Source of the DNA: Candidatus Eiseniibacteriota bacterium
GTDB lineage: Bacteria > Eisenbacteria > RBG-16-71-46
Assembly (NCBI GenBank): GCA_963725865.1
Contig: CAVSAC010000014.1
Span: 672,001 to 736,000 of the forward strand
DNA: 64,000 bases
Reading direction: 5' to 3'
In this document: positions 58,069 to 64,000 of the stretch, piece after piece
How the letters are laid out: each line of letters starts with the position of its first letter
Numbering within the stretch: the stretch's first letter is position 1
Translations under genes and position numbers: made by a program
The notes under the pieces: model-generated
Seen by the model: the letters and a program-made list of their open reading frames with translations, nothing else
The model's database searches: none
What the model was told of the DNA's origin: nothing

Positions 58069-60087
58069 GTGAACGCTCCTCGACGTCTCTCGAACGGATT
58101 GCTGGCGCTGCTGCTGGCCGCCGGACTCGCCGTCCTCTACCGCGCGCCGCTCGCCACCGGTTTCCTCAACGACGACCACCTGTTCCTCGAGGAGGCCAGT
58201 ACCCGCGCGCTGCCCGGGTCGCTGTTCGATATGGGAGCGCTCGGGAACTACTACCGGCCGCTCTCGCGCCAGATGTGGTTCGCGGCGCTGACGCCGCTCG
58301 GCGGCGGCCAGTCGTTGGTGTTCCACCTGGCGCAGTTCGCGCTGTTCCTGGTCGCGCTCGCCCTGCTGGCGGACCTGCTGCTCGCGCTGCTCCCGGCCGG
58401 AGCGGTCCTGTTGGGCGTGGTCGTGTTCGCGTTGCTGCCGCTGCAGCGCGTGATCCTGACCTGGATCTCGTGCGACCAGGACCTGCTGGCGCTCACCGGC
58501 GTGCTGGCGGCGCTCGCGCTGTGGCGACGGGGGCGCACGCTGCCGGCTGCCATCGCCTATCTCGGTGCGCTCGCGAGCAAGGAGACCGCGCTGCCGCTGC
58601 CCGCGGCGCTGGCCGCCTGGCACCTGTGGATCGAGCGCCGCCCGGCACGCGCGCTGCCGGCCCGGATCGGCCCGTTCGCGGCGCTGGCGGTCGGCTGGGT
58701 TGGGGTGCTGCTCGCGATGCGCGCGCGGCAGCCCCTCGCGGCCGCTCCGTTGCAGCTCGGCGTCGCCGACTTCGCGGCCGGGTACGTGCACGGGATTCAG
58801 GCGATGCTCGGACTCGACGACCCTCCCAGCGTGCTCCCCGCGCTGCTGGCCCGGCTGCCGGATCTCGCAGCGCTGGCGCTGCTCGCTCCGCTCGCCTGGT
58901 GGATGGGAACGCGGCCCCCGGCCGACTCCGAACACGCAAGGCCGGCGCCCGCCGCGATCGCGGCGTTCGCGCTCGCATGGATCGCGCTGTTCGCGCTCGT
59001 CACCGGGCCGGTGAGCTACGCGTGGAGCTCGTACTACTACCTGCTCGCCGCGGTCGGTGGTGCGGTCCTGACGGCGCTCGCCTGCCGCCGCATCACCCGC
59101 CCGGGCGCTCTCGCGCTCGTGGTGGCGCTCGCGTGGTGGCATGCGGGGGCCACAGGCGTGCGCGCGTTCGCGGTCCGCGACGGGCGCTGGCAGTGGACCT
59201 CGCACCTGACCGCGTTCTACTTCGAGCGCGGCGCGCGCCTGACCGCCGAGCTCGCCCGCGAGTTGCGGACCGCGGAGCCCGCCCCGCCCGCGGGAACGCG
59301 CTTCTTCTTCCTCACGCTCCCTCCGTGGGCCGGCTTCCAGATGGGCAACGGCGCACTGGTCCGCTCGCTCTACCGCGACCCGTCCCTGGCGTCGCATTTC
59401 TACAGCACGTTCTCGGAATCGACGGCGGCCGAGCACCCCTGCCGGTTCCTCTACTGGGACGGGGACTCGCTGCGCCATCTCTACGGCCGTGCCCACGACC
59501 CGTGGTTCCAGATCGGCGGCGACCTGCTGCTGCTCGACCGACCGCAAGGCGCCATGCACGCGTTCCGGCGCGGACTGGCCGCTGGCGAGGATCCGCAGGA
59601 CCACCTCTATTGGCTGGGCTGGGCTTCGCTGTGGGGGGGGCGCCGCGATCTCGCGGAGTCGGCGTGGAAGGCCTTCGGGGCCGCTGACGATTCGCTGTCG
59701 TGGTTCACGTCGATGCGCGCGGCGCGCAGCGCGCTGATCGACGCGCGCGACACGCTCGCCACCCGGCGGCTGCTGGTCGGCGCGATCCGGTCCGGGATCG
59801 GGCTGCCCGACGCACACGCGGTGCTCGGGGAGCTCCTGATGCCGGCGCAGCCGAAGTACGGCATGCTCGAGCTCAAGGTCGCGACCTGGCTCAAGCCCGG
59901 TGACTGGATGGCACGGCGCGGGCTGCTGCTCGCGTTGACCGACGCGCGGCTCGACGACGCGGCCCGCGCACAGCTGGAGGAACTCGAGCGCCGCTGGGAC
60001 GGCGCGCGACGCGATCCGCAGGTGCTCCACGCGGACTCGCTGCTGCGCCAGCGCTCCGGGCCGGCCCTGGACGTGGTGCGGTTCTGA
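58069..60087 (+). CDS. Polytopic GT-C-like membrane protein with C-terminal TPR-like region
   Basis: FLNDDHLF, NYYRPL and LASKETA motifs; many TM segments. Confidence 0.6.
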   Translation: MNAPRRLSNGLLALLLAAGLAVLYRAPLATGFLNDDHLFLEEASTRALPGSLFDMGALGNYYRPLSRQMWFAALTPLGGGQSLVFHLAQFALFLVALALLADLLLALLPAGAVLLGVVVFALLPLQRVILTWISCDQDLLALTGVLAALALWRRGRTLPAAIAYLGALASKETALPLPAALAAWHLWIERRPARALPARIGPFAALAVGWVGVLLAMRARQPLAAAPLQLGVADFAAGYVHGIQAMLGLDDPPSVLPALLARLPDLAALALLAPLAWWMGTRPPADSEHARPAPAAIAAFALAWIALFALVTGPVSYAWSSYYYLLAAVGGAVLTALACRRITRPGALALVVALAWWHAGATGVRAFAVRDGRWQWTSHLTAFYFERGARLTAELARELRTAEPAPPAGTRFFFLTLPPWAGFQMGNGALVRSLYRDPSLASHFYSTFSESTAAEHPCRFLYWDGDSLRHLYGRAHDPWFQIGGDLLLLDRPQGAMHAFRRGLAAGEDPQDHLYWLGWASLWGGRRDLAESAWKAFGAADDSLSWFTSMRAARSALIDARDTLATRRLLVGAIRSGIGLPDAHAVLGELLMPAQPKYGMLELKVATWLKPGDWMARRGLLLALTDARLDDAARAQLEELERRWDGARRDPQVLHADSLLRQRSGPALDVVRF

Positions 60088-60103
60088 AGGGAGAGGACGA
60101 GGC

Positions 60104-61115
60104 ATGAAGCGCGGCACGGTGGTGACCGAGACGATCGTGAGCGAGGCGCTGCGGGGCAACGCGGCCGGCGATCCACACGAGCGGCGGGTGCCGGTCTACC
60201 TGCCCCCGCAGTACGCCGAAGAGCCCGAGCGCCGCTTCCCGGTGGTCTACCTGCTGGCGGGCTTCGGCGGCCGTGGCCGCATGCTGCTCAACGACAATCC
60301 ATGGTCGCCGGCGCTCGACGACCGGATGGACGCGCTCCTCGCGGCCGGACGCTGCGGGCCGATGATCCTCGTCCTGCCCGACTGCTTCACGCGCTACGGC
60401 GGCTCGCAGTACCTCGATTCGAGCGCCACCGGGCGCTACGCCGACGCACCTCGTCCAGGAGCTGGTCCCCACCATCGACGCGCGCTACCGCACGCTCGCC
60501 GGCCGCGGGCATCGCGGCATCGCCGGCAAGTCGTCGGGCGGCTACGGTGCGCTCGTGATGGGCATGCGGCATCCGGACTTGTTCGGCGCCGTCGCCTGCC
60601 ACAGTGGCGACATGGCATTCGACTACTGCTACCGCGGCGACGTCCCGCGCTTCTGCTCCATCGTGCAGGAGGCCGGCGGGGTGAAGGCGTGGCTGGAGCG
60701 GTTCGAGGCGCGCCGCCAGCGCTCGAAGGACGACTTCACGGTGCTCAATGTGCTGGGCATGGCGGCGTGCTACTCGCCCAATGCCGCCTCGGAGCCGTTC
60801 GGCATCGACTTCCCGATCGACCTGCAGACCGGTGCGTGGCGCGACGAGGTCTGGCGGCGCTGGCTGGAGTGGGACCCGATCCAGCTACTGGAACGCCGTG
60901 CCGAGGCCCTGCGCTCGCTCAGGCTCCTGTACCTGGACTGCGGCACGCGCGACGAGTGGCTGTTGCATCTCGGGCTGCGGCTCTTCACGCGCAGGCTCAC
61001 GGCGCTCGGAGTGCCTTTCCAGCACGAGGAGTTCGACGATGGGCACCAGAACGTGAGCTATCGGTTCGACGTGAGCCTGCCGCGACTGTCCGAGGTGCTG
61101 GGGTCCACGGGCTGA
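60104..61115 (+). CDS. Enterochelin-esterase-like hydrolase, one frameshift near 60445
   Basis: VPVYLPP, GGSQY; after the shift ELVPTIDARY, GKSSGGYG and FDDGH. Confidence 0.82.
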
Positions 61116-61279
61116 GGGTGGCTCTCGAGTGGCCGACCGGGCGCGCCATGCACGCATCTGCCGCATTCGCCGTCGCCAGTTCTCGGCGTCCCGGCCGGGG
61201 TACATGCCACCGACCCCGGTGCAGGCCTCGATGTGGGGCGCGGTCAAGCAGCTCTATCGCTGATCCCGCCTCGCAACAT

Positions 61280-61313
61280 GAAGCCCGGCTCTGCAACCGC
61301 GGGGCCGGGCTTC
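61280..61313 (+). terminator. Terminator-like hairpin
   Basis: GAAGCCCGGCTCTGC-aacc-GCGGGGCCGGGCTTC. Confidence 0.5.
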
Positions 61314-61758
61314 TCGATTCCAGGATCCGCCTCGAGACACGGAGCCCCGGCGCGTGCCTCGGACGCGCCGGGGACCAGGTCCTTGGTGGACGGCAACGCA
61401 TCCATGCGCGCGGTCAGGACCTGATCCTCGACCGCGCCCGGGATCGTGACGAGCATCCCGGGGCGAGGGCGCGTTCGGTTCGTCGCGGCCGAGTTCACCT
61501 GCTCCCACGGCCGGACCCAGAGTCATCTCCGGGCGCACGAACAGACAGTACCGCGACCGAGTTCGCCGATCGCGCCCGTCTCCAAAGCGAAGTGTGGTTC
61601 CGCTTCCTCCCGGCGTCAATGCCCGCCGGCGAGGATTTGCCATCGCGCACCCTTGTGATAGAACCGGCGCCACCCCCTCGGCGTCGTCCTCGCAGCGTGC
61701 GATCGACGCGCGGACCGCGCCTCGACCGGCCCACCACCCCGGATCCGAACCCAACGCC

Positions 61759-63102
61759 ATGTCCTCCGCCGTCGCTGCCGCCACCACCGCCGAAACCCGC
61801 CGCAACGTGCGGCTGGGGGTGTTGAACGGCGCGCTCTACCAGGCCGGCGAGGGGTTCATCGATTCCAATACCGTCATCCCGGTGCTCATGTCGCGTCTCA
61901 CCACCTCGAACGCGCTCATCGGGCTGGGCTGCTCGTTGTCGGACCTCGGCTGGCTGCTGCCGCAGTTCCTCGTCACCCCCTGGCTGGCGCGCTTCCCCCA
62001 TCAGCTCTGGCTGTACCGTCGCGCGGCCGTGGTGCGCGGCCTGGCGCTGGTCGTGCTGGCCGCGCTCGCGGCCCCGCTGCTGCCCCATCCGCGTGCGCTG
62101 CTCGCGGTGTTCCTGCTCTGCTACGCGACTTACGCATTCGGCGCCGGTGCCAGCGCGGTGTCGTTCATGGAGGTGGTCGGCAAGACGGTGCCGCGCGAGC
62201 AGCTTGGCTCGTTCTGGTCGCAGCGGCTGTTCTGGGGCGGCACGCTGGCAGCGCTCGCCGGCGTGGTCGTGCGCGAGGTGTTCCGGCGCGGCTCCCCGGC
62301 GGCCCAGTACGTCATCCTGTTCGGGGGCGCGAGCGTGCTGGCATCGGTGGCGTATGCGCTCTTCTGCCTCATCCGCGAGCCAGCTGGCTCTGCCGATCCC
62401 GAAACGGCCGAGCTCACACCGGTGCAGCTGCTGGGGGAGGGAGTGCGAATGCTCGGCGTCTCCGCCCCGTTCCGTCATCTGCTCGCCTCCCGCGCGACGC
62501 TCGCCGTGTGGCTGACCGCGAGTCCGTTCATGACGCTGTTCGCGATCCGCGAACTGGGCGGTGGCGCCCGCGCGGCCGGCACGCTCCTGCTCAGCCGCAT
62601 CGCTGGCTTCGTGCTCCTGAGCCTGGTATGGCAGCCGCGCGCGCGCAGGCGCGGGAGTCGCGCGCTGATGCGCAGCGGAACGCTGCTCATCGCGCTCGCA
62701 ACCGCCGCGGCCGCCACGCTGAGCGCCGCTTCGCCGTGGTGGCTGGGTTGGATCCCCGCGGGTGCCGCGGTCGCCGCCCTCGAGGCCGTGGCGTTCGTGG
62801 GTGGCGCCGCCCAGAGCGCGATCCTGATCGGCTACGGGAGCCTGCTGATCGAGCTGGCTCCCGTCGGTCGCAGGCACTCGTTCGTGGGGTTGACCAGCAC
62901 GTTCCTCGGGCCGTTCATGTTCCTGCCGATGCTGGGAGGAGCGCTGGTCGATCTGGTGAACGCACCCACGGTGTTCGCGCTGTGCACCGGCGCGGCGCTG
63001 ATCGGGTACCGCGCGGCCCGGCGGCTGCCGGACACCCGGGTGGCACCGGCCGGCATGCCCGGCGCGGTGGGCGAGGTCGCGGGACACGGGGGTGGAGCGT
63101 GA
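61759..63102 (+). CDS. MFS transporter
   Basis: About 12 TM segments; GWLLPQ and EVVGKTVP. Confidence 0.85.
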   Translation: MSSAVAAATTAETRRNVRLGVLNGALYQAGEGFIDSNTVIPVLMSRLTTSNALIGLGCSLSDLGWLLPQFLVTPWLARFPHQLWLYRRAAVVRGLALVVLAALAAPLLPHPRALLAVFLLCYATYAFGAGASAVSFMEVVGKTVPREQLGSFWSQRLFWGGTLAALAGVVVREVFRRGSPAAQYVILFGGASVLASVAYALFCLIREPAGSADPETAELTPVQLLGEGVRMLGVSAPFRHLLASRATLAVWLTASPFMTLFAIRELGGGARAAGTLLLSRIAGFVLLSLVWQPRARRRGSRALMRSGTLLIALATAAAATLSAASPWWLGWIPAGAAVAALEAVAFVGGAAQSAILIGYGSLLIELAPVGRRHSFVGLTSTFLGPFMFLPMLGGALVDLVNAPTVFALCTGAALIGYRAARRLPDTRVAPAGMPGAVGEVAGHGGGA

Positions 63103-63461
63103 GCCGTCGCGTGGTGGTCGCAGTGCCCGACCTGTTCTTCGCGGCCCGGATCGAGGCCACCGCCGGGCCCCTGGGGGTGGCGATCGCCCCCGCCACCTTC
63201 GCCAGCGCCTCGGCGCGCTGCCACGAAGCGCCCACCGACCTCGTGATCGTGGACCTCGACGCGCCCGGCGCGGTGGAGCTGGTGCGGGCCCTCAAGGCCG
63301 ACCCGGACCTGCGTGCCACGCCGGTCCTCGGGTTCTACCCCCATGTGCGCACCGAGCTGCGCGCGGCCGCGATGGCGGCGGGGCTCGACCGTGCGATGGC
63401 CCGATCGGCATTCACGACCCTGTTGCCCGCGCTGCTGACCGGGGGTGGCCCCACCCGCTGA
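63099..63461 (+). CDS. Stand-alone receiver-like protein
   Basis: DLFFAARI, DLVIVDLD and GFYPHV. Confidence 0.72.
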   Translation: MSRRVVVAVPDLFFAARIEATAGPLGVAIAPATFASASARCHEAPTDLVIVDLDAPGAVELVRALKADPDLRATPVLGFYPHVRTELRAAAMAAGLDRAMARSAFTTLLPALLTGGGPTR

Positions 63462-63691
63462 GGGCCCATTCGTCCGCCGGAAACGGGCGTCCGGACCATT
63501 CCAGAACACCGTGGGAATCCCGGCTCCACGGGACGCATCCAAGCCTGCTGTCTGGTCTTAGGTGGCCACTGCCGGGTGTCGTCCAACGGCTCGCCGCCCC
63601 GGTGCTGCACGCGGACCAGGCCCCGTCTGTTGGCCGCCATGCGGTGTCCGACCCCTGCTCCGATCCACTGCCGATCTAGGAGTCTGCCCTG

Positions 63692-64000
63692 ATGCGTACG
63701 CGTATGTTCCAGATGTTGGCGATCGTCGTACTGTTCCTCGCCGCCATCGCCTTCGTGAAGGTCCAGCAGATCCAGATGGCGATTGCCGGGGCCAAGTCCT
63801 TCCAGCCGCCACCCGAGGCCGTGACCACGATCGTCGCGAATCCGCAGCGGTGGCAGGCCACCCTGGATGCGGTCGGCAGTGTCGCCCCGATCCAGGGCGT
63901 GACGCTGAGCGCCGACCTGCCGGGCGTGGTGGACAAGATCCTGTTCCAGTCGGGAAGCCACGTGAATGCCGGCGACGCGCTGGTGCTCCTCAACACCCGG
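63692..64000 (+). CDS. RND efflux periplasmic adaptor (partial)
   Basis: AGGAG RBS; PPPEAVTT...AVGSVAPIQGVTLSADLPGVVDKILFQSG. Confidence 0.85.
   Translation, partial: MRTRMFQMLAIVVLFLAAIAFVKVQQIQMAIAGAKSFQPPPEAVTTIVANPQRWQATLDAVGSVAPIQGVTLSADLPGVVDKILFQSGSHVNAGDALVLLNTR

Overview
High-GC bacterial chromosomal segment. The likely source is an FCB-superphylum lineage such as Ca. Eisenbacteria; this is an inference from the FlgD-Ig-type C-terminal domain, futalosine-type menaquinone genes and a Fibrobacter-like LexA box. Left to right the window holds: (i) pfkB/btpA, a lipoprotein, and a minus-strand cluster of a Cys-rich RAPP-ending leader, a secreted Cys-rich micropeptide, a cupredoxin-like protein and a histidine kinase; (ii) about 12 kb of small co-oriented accessory genes, including a MerB-like gene with an in-frame TGA and a SECIS-like hairpin (candidate selenoprotein); (iii) a complete integron with intI, a putative attI, 8 clear attC sites and 9 cassettes, with intI co-oriented with and upstream of the array; (iv) ubiD/ubiX/ubiA-like genes; (v) two tandem modules of a secreted Ig-like leader ending PxRxP[ML]RN followed by a TonB-dependent receptor, one with an anti-SD hairpin right after the leader stop (candidate new arrest-peptide-controlled uptake system); (vi) lexA with a palindromic operator and a probably inactive IS200-type TnpA carrying a similar box; (vii) the rpmH-rnpA-yidD-yidC-jag-mnmE-mnmG-rsmG-parA-parB cluster with two parS sites but no adjacent dnaA; (viii) HEAT/HD-GYP, GAF kinase, GT-C-like, esterase, MFS and RND genes. 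Several single-base frameshifts suggest sequencing indels. All calls come from reading motifs by eye; no searches were run.
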